A stretch of 64,000 bases of DNA, from assembly GCA_051294905.1 (NCBI GenBank), contig CM119371.1, forward strand, positions 4,900,001 through 4,964,000, in the 5' to 3' direction. The notes beneath the pieces were generated by a model. That model did no database searches, was not told the origin of the DNA, and saw nothing but the letters and a program-made list of their open reading frames with translations. Below are positions 1 to 12,646 of the stretch, piece by piece (the stretch's first letter is position 1; every line of letters begins with the position of its first letter). The position numbers were made by a program, and so were the translations under genes. The stretch is from Botryllus schlosseri. Its lineage: Eukaryota.

Positions 1-205
1 TGGGTCTAACGAGACTTCAACTGGAAACTGAGCAGTCAACACAATGACTTGGACTCAATTCATAATAACATGACTCGGACTCAAACCTCTGCTCGCTGAC
101 TTTGACCTGGACTCGGACTTGACTGGGTGGTGAATTGAAAATGACTCAACTTGACTCGAGTCAAAACAATAAAAGGTGACTTGCGAATTGGTTAGAGCCC
201 TTATA

Positions 206-358
206 GAAATAAACCCAAATATTTCAGTCCGGGGTAATTGTCAGCAACGAGTAGAGGATGGAAAACAACTTTTTATATCAACATAATTGGTTATATTTTA
301 ATTCTCCATTAGTTGCTAACAATTACCCCTGTCGGCCAAAATTATTTGGGTTCATTTC
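206..358. repeat. Short inverted repeat / small MITE
   Basis: gaaataaacccaaat...ggggtaattgtcagcaac (206-248) pairs with gttgctaacaattacccc...atttgggttcatttc (312-358). Confidence 0.6.
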
Positions 359-786
359 AATATCAATAGATCATTCAATTGTAGAGAGGTAATTCCTGTC
401 ACAGAATTGCTTCTTGCAAGATTGCTGGGACAAATGAGAGAAAAAATGAAGGTTGATTTAAAAGTCAATCCAGTAATTATAACATAATAGATTCAAATGA
501 CCAACTGAGGCTGCTGATTTCTTTGATTTACGAAGTAATACTAGGCACAAGATATCACTCAGGGCTTCGTGTTGTCAAATACGAATTTATTATTATCTTA
601 AATGTCATGATTCAAGTCAAGTAGTGAGAGACTATTTTTGAAGTAACTGACATATAGGCCATTCACACGAAGTGTAATATACCAATACTCGATTCAGGTT
701 CGAGTGCTGGAATCATTGCGTCTAGCCCTACATGCGAGTTATGACCCCTTTTAAAAACCAAGTTCAATATTGAGAAATAGTGACGA

Positions 787-2316
787 AACCCAACTAGGTG
801 TCCACTCCCAACCCATGTCCATTCTTGTCATAAATTTCCGGGAATATTTAGTTGGGTGTGGCTCAAAATGCATTCTTAGTTTGGCTGTCAAAGTCGACGT
901 TTCTTGCTGGGCTCAAATCTATAATCTTCACCTCGATGTTGGTTTTCAGAAATACGTTCTCGAGCTGTCAAGACAAATTTCTCATTCAGTTCAACATGTA
1001 GGCAATATAGCTAAACTAATAATGTAGTTAGTTGAAGATCAACTAACTATTGTTAATTTAACTAGTTCCAGTTCTAATTCTAGTTGCACAGTTTCAAAAA
1101 CTTTAGTTGCTAAACAACTAGAACACATGTGTCAATGTTTGGCGTGAATCGTGATACCGGTATTCTGTTGTTTGATGTTCTTGCAGCCATTGCTAGATCA
1201 GAGACATTACTACTATAAGTGAGGGAGGCTGGGGGTGTATTTTGGGGGTCGAAATCGGTGCATTCAAAAGTCGAAATGCCGAATGATTGGATCTCAAATA
1301 TTTCTCAGCTCATTTACAATACAGCCATTTGTATTATACGTTATTAGTTAGTTTTAGGTTTGTTAGTTGCGGATTCTTAATGTTTGTCACGGTAATTATA
1401 GTTCTTAGAGCGCATTTTGAAAATCGAGAAGTTTGTACATATCTGGTTCCTGCAAGCAATGTCACCTTGATATCTCTGTGAATAATCTTACAATCATGAA
1501 GATAAACAATATCAATACTCATGGGATTGCTAGAATACAAACAACTACAGTATTTGTCAGGCACATTCAAAGCTGCGCTTTTCAACCAGAATTACAATTA
1601 TAGCTACACATTTCCCCCAAATTAGATTAGAATAACTGATTGGTGGTAGAGAACCTGAACACACCGATTCGGTTTCGAATCTAACCTGTTCTATGTCCTT
1701 TATCATGCCTGTCGCTCTTGATAAGAGGAACGCGAAAAGTTTTTCGAATCAATACACGTTACTGTGAATGCATCGTTGAAAGCTGTGAATTAGAATTGCT
1801 TAATTCATGAAAGCCATACAACAAAAATCAAGGTAACTTGATATCAGTTCTAAATTCCCTGTCATAAAGCAACGGAATGACAAATGTCTGTACACCAAGC
1901 TTTGCTAGTTACGTACTATAAAATTCTCCTGCAGTATTTTCAGGAAACCAGAAAATAAATTACAATCGAAATAAGAGCTTGGAAACATTTAACAAATTAG
2001 ATTACAAGTAGATTACCAGTATTTGGTTCTAATTAGTATTATTAGACAACAAGAATTATCTAGTTGTTCAAGTCTGTTAGTAGGCCTAATCAACGTTACA
2101 GAGCTGATGAAATTGTGACCTCCACCCATTGAGAGACATTACAGTTATATCAAGGAAATACTTTTACCTTTCTTTTGTACAACTCGAGAGCGACGTAGAC
2201 AAATCCTTGTCTTCAAAAAATCCGTGAAATCCAACAACATGCTTGTGATTCAAACTGCTATGGAGATTAATCTCTTGACACATTTTGTCTTTCTCATGCT
2301 CATTCACGACCAGTGC
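787..2316 (-). pseudogene. PLK1/polo-like kinase partial copy L5 (exon-2, -3 and -4 relics)
   Basis: Exon 2 at 2316-2168 (cag|[38 protein letters not shown]...|gt); exon 3 3' part about 1515-1466 (IVYLHDCKIIHRDIK|gt); exon 4 at 964-about 787 (cag|LENVFLKTNIEVKIIDLSPARNVDFDSQTKNAF*ATPN*IFPE...). Frameshifts and stops present. Confidence 0.85.
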
Positions 2317-3335
2317 CTGAAATTCAGTTTTGTACAAATTACCGGCTCGATAGTAGACGGTCAAATAACCAACTGTTTTTGAGTACGGCTAGTTTTAGTT
2401 AGTTTTGAAAACTGAGTAGTTCTAGTTCTATTTCTAGTTTCTAGCATTCTGATGTACAGCAGTTTGCACAAGTCAGATGAAATTTGCATTGTATTCAGAT
2501 ACTGTTTTATATGCGGAATGAGTTTTGAACTAGGACAAGAAGCTGAAACGTACAATCAGGAGATATTACCAGTTCACGTAAGTCAGGAGTTAGTTTATTT
2601 TAATAAGGTACCATGCAATGAGAGCCCGACCGATTATATCGTTTGGCCAAAAATGTCGAGTCTTATCGTAAAGTTTGAACGGTATTGCCCATTATAGGTA
2701 AAAATATCAACAATTTTGGTGTCGTGAGAACATGGTAGTGTGCAGTCAGAGAACGGAAGTCTGCACTAACTTGGAATATTCTTATAACTTACAAGTGGTC
2801 AAAATAGTCATCGTTGGAACTCGAGTATAGAAGTAACGTCGTAATTTCTACTCTATTATAAGCAGAAGTAGCGATTTACAAGGAAGGTAATCAAGTAAAC
2901 ATTATACGCCTAGTTTTGCATGAACACTGCACTGTTACATAGGAAGTACACAAGTCGTCTAAAATCATTTGAGTGACTTGAGTAAATAATGCATGTATAC
3001 AGCAAAACCTACTTGAGTACTCTGAATAAGTATAAGTAGTATTGTTACTGACTGCCTCTGCTTACAAGCGTCCTTTGGTCTTTAATGTCTTAGCATAGTA
3101 ACAGCCGTCATTTGTTTGAATAAATGATCTGAAGGTTTGGAATTGTGCCTTAAGCGAGTTGCCATATTATTTCAATAACAGATGAATACGTCGGAGATAT
3201 CAGTGTAAGTGATACTTATCGCTATTAGCTTAAAAATACGATATCGGTTGGGCTCAAGTTATCATGAATGAGACTCGATTCAGAATCGAATCACTTAGGA
3301 AGTCGATTTTGCAAAGACCTGCGAAAAAATCTTAT

Positions 3336-3496
3336 CGTTCAAACTCTGCAGATGACTCCTTTGCTGTAGTTGGCTTTCTGAAAGTATGGGCAAGCAAGTT
3401 GTTCAAGCAGTTTGTGGGCAGCTTCTGTGGAATGTAGCCGTTGAAATACTCACTGGCTCGCACTTTCTTTACAGAGGATTGTCACTCGCCAACTTT
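3336..3496 (-). pseudogene. PLK1-like exon-6 relic (kinase C-terminus), copy L4
   Basis: cag|..LASD...EYFNGYIPQKLPTNCL resembles PLK1 MLQTDPTARP...EFFTSGYIPARLPITCL; frameshifted, donor mutated. Confidence 0.75.
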
Positions 3497-4057
3497 CTGG
3501 TGAAAATCACAAATAGTAATAAAATCACAGACAATAACTCATATTTTGTAAGATTGTTTGGTAACCAGGATTTATGGATTTAAAACTATCATATGAATCA
3601 AAATTTGAATTTCAAATAGGGAACTGTTTCCCTATTTGGACAGGAAGAGATTTAAGTATCATGATTGTAACCACACTGACTATTGAACTTGGCCCTCGAT
3701 GAATTCATCCTTCGGTAAACTCGGCCTATGGTGAATTTGGTAATAAAATCATTATAAATGTCGTGAATTGTATAATAGTAATTTGTCATTGGAGATAATG
3801 GCGAATTGGTGGTGGTGGACATGCCGTACGTATGAATGCCATTATATTCAAGTTCTCAAAAATGGAAGTTTTGTTTTGCGCACACTGTGGTAGATCCCGT
3901 GGAGACGTCGCACTTTCGTGGAGGTGTGCCATGCTGAGGCAAGGTGAGTGTCTGATTAAAAGACTACACCAAGTCGGTTTGGTGCCCTCCTATCTTGTTG
4001 TGCATTGATTTGATAGAAATTTTAATAAATTGATGTCTGAAACATGGCTTGCCATAC

Positions 4058-7000
4058 CAAACACGACTTTATCCGTATAATCCAACCTCTTGCTAATCAA
4101 AATACCGGTAGTGGTGCGGCTGCTGTGGCACTTCCGCCTCATCTGTTGAATTGAAAGCAGTTTTAATATACATAAATTGCACATTGGTCTAGTGCTAACA
4201 ATCTTATCGACAATGTCATTTAAGCGCGAGAGCAGTTATTTGAATCTATGATATTAGAGCAAATCGATATGGACACAGGATTTCTGATAACTTTGAAATT
4301 CAACATTAGTTTTGACTTTTACTGACATTTGTAAACGGGAATATTCAATGCGAAATTCTCTAATATCTGTCAACTTGATAAGAGTATGGAATTCCTAATC
4401 ATTTTACCATTTCGAAAAATTTCAGACAATTCTGCAATTATACATCTGCCATCTTCATGCCACACAGTAAAGACTGTTCGTGAGGTTATCAGGGGTTAGC
4501 TCCAAGCGAAGTCCATTGTTAATAATCACTTATATGTAGCATCTTGTCATTTCTGAATCAGGTGTTAGGTTTCTAGTCGAGATTCTCTCATTATCACGTC
4601 GTAACAGTATGGATGACATGGTAAGTTTAAATATCTGCTTTTTATACGACCACAAACAATATAACGTCATTTATACAGCACATTAAAATCACTGGTTTGT
4701 AGAAGTAGCTTACATTTCATAGAGCAATTCAGCTTAAGATGAAACCTATAAGTGGTTATAATATAGGCCTAAATACCAACCCATATTTACAGCAGACTTC
4801 TGTCTGGGATTTGCATCAATCAATTACTTGAGCTGAGCTTGAAATTCTGTCATATGGAAGTCTGGTGATTGGTTGCTGCATATGATGGTCGCTCTGACTT
4901 GTCACCAACAGGTGTGTGTCTCTGTAGTATCGCACCTGTAAAATGAAATGCTACTTTAAAATATAAAATAACCAGTATAGCAAAATATAAGAAATTCACC
5001 ATGAAGGTAATTCGGCAAATTCCTATCAAACGAGTTCTTGTAAGCCTAGGCTGCTTGGCTTCTTACAAGATTGCTAGCGCCAGAGTTGCGTAACTAGAGA
5101 ATTTTCAGCTTTTTTTGCTTAGATTAGAATTAGAAATATAGATACACATTAATTTCAAAGATAGATTAGAATTAGAATGATTTTGTGATAGCTACAAAGT
5201 TTTTTTCCCAAATCAGAGCACATTTAGATTCGTAACTACGCAGCTATTTCCTAATTAGATTAGAATTGGAACGAGTGAGATCATGAAAATTTGGAAATTG
5301 AATCAAGATAACTTCATATCAGGTCAAAGTTGATTCTCGTGTACGTGAGGATGGCAAATGTCTGTACAGCAAGCTTGGTTCATTTTGCATGACACAGTTC
5401 CTTTGTAGCATTTTTAGGATAACCCAGAAATTAGATGAGGCTGGATATGAGAGCATAGCAACATGTCATAAATTAAATTAGAATCTGATGATCAAAATTT
5501 CGCTCTACTAAATCAACTTAGACATCCAGAATCACCTGGATGCAGCAATTGGCTGATGCTTCAGAGACAAACAAATGGAGGTTGATTGAGAACTGATCCA
5601 GGAATTATGACGCGACCGTAGGTCACTTTGACGTGGTTGAAATCTCGACATTCCTCTGTAAATACCACACATTTACAAAGTAGCCTACTTTCGGGGACCA
5701 CAAGATAACACTACAGACATAAAGGATAGCATCAATTAGTAGGGCTGGCCACAACCATCCACAACTTCAATTAGACTCCATCATCAACTGCAATGATTCG
5801 GAGTCAAGCAGTGAGAGCCATGAAAAATTAGTCGACATTCACATCACGCCAAGAGCCAAATATCAACAATGTTTTAGTATCAATACTTTATTTCTACTTT
5901 CGGAGTCCTCATCAACTCAGTTAGCCGTATCTTAGCATCGAAAAAAGGTTGCTATCATTCTAATGCTAATCTTATTCAAAAATGAATAAAATGTTCTAGT
6001 TGTCCGACTTTGCTTATCTGTGAAGGTGCTAGTTATCGGTTTTATCGGTATTGGCTAAAAAATCTGATTTTGGTCAAGCTCTCATCGTAAACCTGCTGTG
6101 GAATTGTAAGAAATCTCACCGGTGAAGATTGTCTCGCGTTGACATTTGCGATAGGCAAGCAGATGGTTGGTAGTTTTTGAGGCATGTAGGCTTTCAAAAA
6201 GCAGCTGGACACAACTCGCTTGCGCAGAAGGTCCTTGAGATGGGTCAATAGACAACATGCTGTGGACAAAAAAAAATCATGGTAGGTTAGTGTTGATATC
6301 GTGTCGCTATATTCGTATATCTACCGAAAATATACACTTCTTGTCCCTAAAAGTTACCGTAATTTATCAATGAGAATCATAGTTTCATTGGCATTTCCAC
6401 TGTGGAAGGCTGTAAACCTCGATAGGCAATATTGACTACATTGTGATCAAGCCACAGCATTGTCACAAAGTACAGTGAAATAGGTATGGTCGAAAATGAC
6501 TTAATTATCTTTATAATGAGATGTCGCACCGACATTATATTCATAGTGGCAGGGCTGTGATGGCTAGATTCATGACTCGAAACGAGTCCTAATTTTTTAG
6601 TGACACGACTCAAGTCATTTTTTCAGGCTAGTAATACGATTTGACTCGAGTCACCTTGTGTATTGACTAGACTTGTACTCGAGTCATTGTGCATGACTCA
6701 AACCAAGACATATGATTTGGATGATCAAGAAAGACAGCTCATTGTAACTTCGAAGAATATTAAAACCACCACAAGATAGGTAATTGGTCTGTCAGAAACT
6801 GTTAGGTCTGAGGGGAAATACGGTGTTATGAATGTGAACACTTCTACATCATTCTAGCAGAGTTAAAAATTGGTTTGAATCGGTTTGAGCTCAACACTCG
6901 ACAGTTAACACAATGACTTGGACTCGGACTCCAGCCTCAGCACTTGGGCTTGGACTCGACCATCTACTCATTCGCTTGCACTTGACTGGTTGGTGGATAA

Positions 7001-9737
7001 AAAATGACTCGACTTGACTCACTACAAAAGTGATATTGCCTTGCGAATCGGGACCATGTGACTTGGTTACCAACCCTGCATGACGATCGCATAAAATGTG
7101 CATATTTGGAATTTGCATACTCTTTCATAATGTTATGACGCCATGAGAGATACTCAAATATTCGACTCGATTAATAACCAAATCACTCAAGTACTCGATT
7201 TTGCAAAACGCTATCTTTAAGACATATGTAACCTCCTTTTATGAAGTCCCAGTTCAATGTTGCATTACACGCACAAAACACAACCCAGCGACTAGTTGTT
7301 TGCTTAGAAACTGCGTCCCTTCTTTCCGAGATCTTCAGGGGCAATATGGTTGTGTGGGCCTCATGAAGTTGATTTGGTATCCAGGCCAAAATCATCTACC
7401 TTCGCCTCCATGTTATTGTGCAGAAACAGGTTGCCAAGCTGCCAATACAAATGTCACAACTAGTTAAACAAAAGTATTGATACTTGTACATTGTACCAAC
7501 TACCTACTGCTTTTTTGAGTAGTTCAAGTTATCGACGCGGACTTGAAAAGTGAGTAGTTCCGAGTCACAAGTCAATCTCACTTTTATAGTTTTGACTCAA
7601 GTCAAGTCGATTCATTTTCAATTCACCACTGAGTCAGGTCCGAGTCAAAGTCAGCTAGTAGAAAGTGCAGTCCAAGTTACTGTGTTTTGACTCGAGTTCG
7701 GGTCCAAGTCATTCTGTTCACTGTTCAGTTATCAGTCAAATCGCGTTCACTTAATTTCAACTCTCCTCAAGTGATATAGAATGGCTCGAATTCATACTAC
7801 CGTTAATTTCGTCAGTTCAACAGTTTCTGGCCCTATTTTCAAGTATCAGGACTGATATACAAGATACCAATTTTCCAAGTCACAGTGACAGTCCGCCATT
7901 TCACTCATTTCAACAAATGACTCGAGTCATGTCGAGTCATCAAAAATCGCGACTTGAATTTGACTCGAGTCGAGTCATGACTCAAGTCATTACAAACCTG
8001 GCTCAGAGTCATCACGCCAAACAGTGGTATAGGAAGGGCTGAGTATTAAGGGTCGAAACCACCCCTGTTTCAAACTCGAACCCCACAAATTTGAGATGTC
8101 AGTTCTATCTCCGATATAGCTCAGCTCATTTGTAAATTAGCAACCTAAAAATCATTAGCAAGTTGTGTATTGCAGTTAGCTTGCAGCAGATTTTCAATGG
8201 TCGTTGGTTCTTGTTGCGCATGTTGGAAATCCAGTAGTTTATCCAAGTCCACTTTTGAGAGCTTGTAGCGCCATCAATCATTTTACGTTAGTGGTACATA
8301 ATGTGCATAGTTTTATCCACAAATTGACAAACCAATCATCGGTCGGCTCTGGTTCTGACATCATTTTCGAAGAATATTTACGAATGCACCACTGCATACA
8401 ATGTTACCTTGCTATCTCTGTGAATGATTTTACAATCGTGACGATAAACGACACCAAGCAGAATCCGTTGCTTGTGATAACGAGTCTCTGCTTCTGTGAC
8501 GACGCATCTCTTTTTGTAAACTTCCATCAGCGACTGACAACAAAAGTATAATGTAATTAGATCGCTGGAATGAGAAAAACAATAATATTTGTTTGACACA
8601 CGCAAATCAGTGGTTCTCAATCTTTCTGAGTTTGAGGGACGGTAAAATTTGACAGCAGTTTTTGCAGACCGGAAAACCTTCCTAACTTTATTTAATACTA
8701 GCTTTTTATACTGAAGGTGTAATAAATAGGGCTGGCTAAAATAGAGTACCTGAGTGATTTGATTCTGAATCGGGTAATGAGTTTGAGTCACCCATGTTAA
8801 CTTCATAGCAACACCACAAAGAACACAATGCCAATTCTAGTCATATTATAAAGATTATTCGGCACTTTTTTACCATTACTATTTCATCACGCTATGAGAC
8901 AATGCTTTAGGTTGCTCACGACTTCACAGACATGTCATTTTCAGCAACGTGCATAGCTTTGCATTACATGTTTCGTGTACTGCGATACGACCAATCAAGG
9001 TTCACAGATTTTCACAGTGGGAAAATATAATTCCCGAAAGTTCAATTCAGCTCATAGTTAATAAATTTTTTCCATTTTGAGGCATGGAGCGTATATTGTC
9101 AGCACTCGAAACAGTCATTTCATACTACTCGACTCAAATTATCAGAATTGATCTCGATTCAGGTTTGAGTCATTAAATCATTGTGCCCAGCCCGAGTGAT
9201 CACCGTTGTGTCACTAGAAAATGATCACATTATCCAAACTAGATTGGAATTCCAATAATATTGAACATATTTTTCCAAATTAGATTAGAATTTAATTATC
9301 TAGCTGGGAAAAGAAATCAAGTTCAGTTCATATCAATTCGGACTTGATTATCATAAGCATGAGAATAGTTCACCAATCTTGACTTGTTTCACACTATAAG
9401 TGTAGAATTAGTTGACTAATTAGATTTGAATTACATGACAAGTACTTCGTCATATTTAGCCTAATACATTATAGAAGAATATTTATTTGGTTATCCAAGT
9501 CTGTTGGTAATGAACATGACAGATCTAATGCATTTTCGACCGGCGCAGTTAGAGGTACATTACGTTTATAATGAGGAAATACTTTTACACTTCTTCTGCA
9601 CTACTCAAGAACGACGTCGACGAAATCCTTGTCTTGGAACAATCCCTGAAATCCAACGATGTACTTGTGATTGAAACTTCGACGGAGACTGATCTCTTGA
9701 CATATTTGTCTTCCTCATGCTTGTTCACAAGCAATGC
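4058..9737 (-). pseudogene. PLK1-like partial copy L3 (exons 2,3,4,6,7,8); most complete unit, reaches polo-box 1
   Basis: Exon 2 at 9737-9589; exon 3 at 8533-8408 (SLMEVYKKRCVVTEAETRY...HDCKIIHRDSK); exon 4 at 7438-7275 (LGNLFLHNNMEAKVDDFGLDTK...HIAPEDLGKKGRSF*...SLGCVL); exon 6 at 6259-6093 (AYMPQKLPTICL); exon 7 at 4935-4781 (PDFHMTEFQAQLK*LIDANPRQKSAVNM); exon 8 at 4142-4058 (DEAEVP...PVF/ISKRLDYTDKVVFG, cf. PLK1 EEAEDP...FWVSKWVDYSDKYGLG). The exon 7/8 junction G|AT restores Asp. Confidence 0.9.
6550..8000. mobile_element. Two further GACTCGAGTC-rich MITE copies (about 6550-7078 and 7560-8000); relatives at about 1-200, 28020-28213, 37919-38156, 46560-46982, 47456-47992 and 54738-54930
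   Basis: Same internal sequence and palindromic motif arrays as 37263-37844; CAGGG/CAGTG-type ends; TSDs eroded. Confidence 0.7.
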
Positions 9738-11308
9738 CTGGAATTAGATACTAGATTTAGTTGCGGATCTTAAAAATTGAGTAATTCTAGTTCTAGTTGT
9801 GTATGTAAAAATATTTTAGTTGTCGATCAACTAGAAAACACGTGTCTTCGTTTGTCGTGAATCATGATATCGGTTTTCCGTTGTGTGATGTTCTTGCAGC
9901 TGTCTCAGAGTCGTCACTACTAATAATGGTGAAGCCGCAAGGCAAAACCTTATTGCGTACTCTGTAAAAGTAAAGGTACTATTGCTACTGACTGACTCTG
10001 CTTCTACGCGTTCAGATGCATTCTTACTAGTTTATTTCATGTCCAAGTATAGCAACGCCAGCAAAGTGGTTCAAATAAATACTATGAAGGCCTGGAAATA
10101 TGTCTTAAGCTAGTTTCCATATTATTTCAATAGAGGTCGAGGTTATCGGTGAAGGTGCTACATATTGGTATTGGCTCAAAAATAAGATATCTGTCGTGTC
10201 GGGCTCTATTCATGATGAGACTCGAGCACGCGACTCGTAACATAATACTCCATTCAGAATCCAATCAATCAGGAACTCGATTTTGCCAAGACTTACCCAA
10301 ACTCACTGTTGAAACTCAGGAGAGGACGCCTTTGCTGTAGTTGGCTTTCCGAAATTCTAGGCGCCATCATTAATCAGGTTATGGGAAGTTTCCGTGGAAT
10401 GTAGCCGTTGAAATACTTGTTCGCCGGCACTTCCTTTACAGGGGTTGATTTCTAACATTCCAAAGAGAAGATCACAGATACGAACAAAAACAGAGATAGT
10501 ACCCAACATTTTCATAACATTGTTTGTTAATCGGGATTTGTGAATTCAAACCAATCAAGATTCGTATTTGGATAGAAATAGATTCAAGTATCAGATAAGC
10601 AGATTTGCAGACTTGGACAACTAGAAAATTTTCAGCTTTTCCAAATTAAACTAGAATTAGCATTACAGATACAGAGTTAATTTCCATATTAGAACATAAT
10701 TATGATGATATCTACACAGTTATTTCCCAATTAGATTAACATTAGAATGATAGTTACAAATTTTTTTCCGCATTAGATTAGAAAGAGAATAAAAGCTACA
10801 CAGTTTTTATAATAGCTGATTCCGTGAAACCTTGGGACATCGAATCAAGTTCAGTTGATATCAAATCAGAATTCATTCTCATCAGCACAAGAATGGCAAA
10901 TGTCTGTGCAGAAGCTTGGTTGTTTTCACAAGATACAGTTCTCCTGTAGCAATTACAGGAAAACCAGAAATTAGATCAGAATTGAGAGTATAGAAACACT
11001 TGTCATATTGAACAGTTGGTTTGTGGTACAGAACTTGAAGATAGCTTTCAATACAACATCCATTGTAGTAAAATATTTATTCAACTCGAAGACTTTTCGG
11101 GTGCCTCTTTTCAAGAGTTAACGGCACACTAAAGGGATTTAAACAGAATGAAAAGCAAAACCAAAAAGGCGAAGTATGACGCAACAATCAGAAATTACAT
11201 ACCATGAAGTCCGCAATGTAACGATGGCAACAATAACAAACTTGAAGAGTACGATACTAGTAACATAGCATTTTGAAACAAACAATAACAAACACGAATT
11301 AGAACGCA

Positions 11309-12090
11309 CTAATGGGAAATTTGTAAGTTATACAGAAAATCTTTTTGCCTACATAAAATAGGCTTGGTCAATTGGATGATTGTTGATTCTAGGGCTTTCA
11401 AATGAAACAAGGATCTGCCTCGCGCAATGACTGTAAACATTTGGTCATTATAGTTTTGAGCACAAGAAGGGTTCTCACTTAAATGTTGGCCAATTGCCGA
11501 AGCGTATGCTTGGTAATCGTCGTAACAGTCGGTTTTGGCGGCTGATTTGCATTGTCGTGCGAACTCCGTACGGTCATTTGCGCAAGTTTTTGAGCGAATC
11601 AATTTGGGAATGTGTTGCGTTATCCGTTCAAACAATCTTTGTGATGTACGTCCCACATACCTACTATCACAGTGGCACTTAAATTCGTAGACGACGTTAC
11701 TTGCATTTAAAGCAGGAAGTACATCCTTTCGGAAGTTTGGCAGAAGTGGTTTGGTTGTATACACCACATGCGCATTTACACTATAATAACAACGGTGCAC
11801 GGCCGATTTGATCAACTTTTCAAACCGATTCGACACATTGCCTAGCCAAGGTAGATGTAAAAATGCCGGGCATTTTTCCGGTCCATAATTGGGAGGTTGA
11901 TCCGAACGTTTTAACACTCTTGCGAAGGAGCATTTCAATATATGCTCAGGATAGCCATTTTTTGATAGGATAGAATGGATCTCATCCAATTCACGTGGCA
12001 ATTTTTCTGGCGAACAGATACGCAAGGCCCGATAAACCAGAGATGATATTAGGTTGAGTTTTCGCCGCTTCGGGCAGAAAGAATCCCAAC
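11309..12090 (-). CDS. Penelope-like ORF C-terminal fragment: RT thumb plus GIY-YIG endonuclease
   Basis: WDSFCPKRRKLNLISSLVYRALRICS...LSKNGYP (PLE thumb), then NVVYEFKCHCDSRYVGRTSQRLFERITQH...SAIGQHL...LKALESTII (PLE GIY-YIG). The ORF-track N-terminus upstream of 12090 is antisense read-through of the inverted arm. Confidence 0.9.
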
Positions 12091-12609
12091 AGATTGTTTG
12101 AACGGATAACGCAACACATTCCCAAATTGATTCGCTCAAAAACTTGCGCAAATGACCGTACGGAGTTCGCACGACAATGCAAATCAGCCGCCAAAACCGA
12201 CTGTTACGACGATTACCAAGCATACGCTTCGGCAATTGGCCAACATTTAAGTGAGAACCCTTCTTGTGCTCAAAACTATAATGACCAAATGTTTACAGTC
12301 ATTGCGCGAGGCAGATCCTTGTTTCATTTGAAAGCCCTAGAATCAACAATCATCCAATTGACCAAGCCTATTTTATGTAGGCAAAAAGATTTTCTGTATA
12401 ACTTACAAATTTCCCATTAGTGCGTTCTAATTCGTGTTTGTTATTGTTTGTTTCAAAATGCTATGTTACTAGTATCGTACTCTTCAAGTTTGTTATTGTT
12501 GCCATCGTTACATTGCGGACTTCATGGTATGTAATTTCTGATTGTTGCGTCATACTTCGCCTTTTTGGTTTTGCTTTTCATTCTGTTTAAATCCCTTTAG
12601 TGTGCCGTT

Positions 12610-12646
12610 AACTCTTGAAAAGAGGCACCCGAAAAGTCTTCGAGTT
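12610..12646 (+). ncRNA. Candidate minimal type I hammerhead ribozyme (U3-A8 variant) in the PLE pseudo-LTR; mirror copy at 11083-11119 minus
   Basis: AACTC-TTGAAAA-GAGGCACCC-GAA-AAG-T-CTT-C-GAGTT, followed by AATAAA. Stem I AACTC/GAGTT; core UUGAAAA; short stem II; GAAA; minimal stem III AAG/CUU; UC cleavage site. Confidence 0.7.

Noticed and set aside
770..1027. Plus-strand ORF resembling PLK exon 2 (VGFQKYVLELSR)
   Set aside because: Coincidental; the minus strand here is a clear exon-4 relic with its splice acceptor.
5100..5290. ATTAGA/CTAGAA-rich degenerate repeats (also about 10640-10800, 35030-35210, 41210-41370)
   Set aside because: Low-complexity intron modules co-amplified with the PLK units; no evidence for an independent function.
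12094..12420. 108-aa plus-strand ORF (and 11494-11682, 11991-12194)
   Set aside because: Products of the inverted pseudo-LTR arm of the Penelope-like element, not separate genes.
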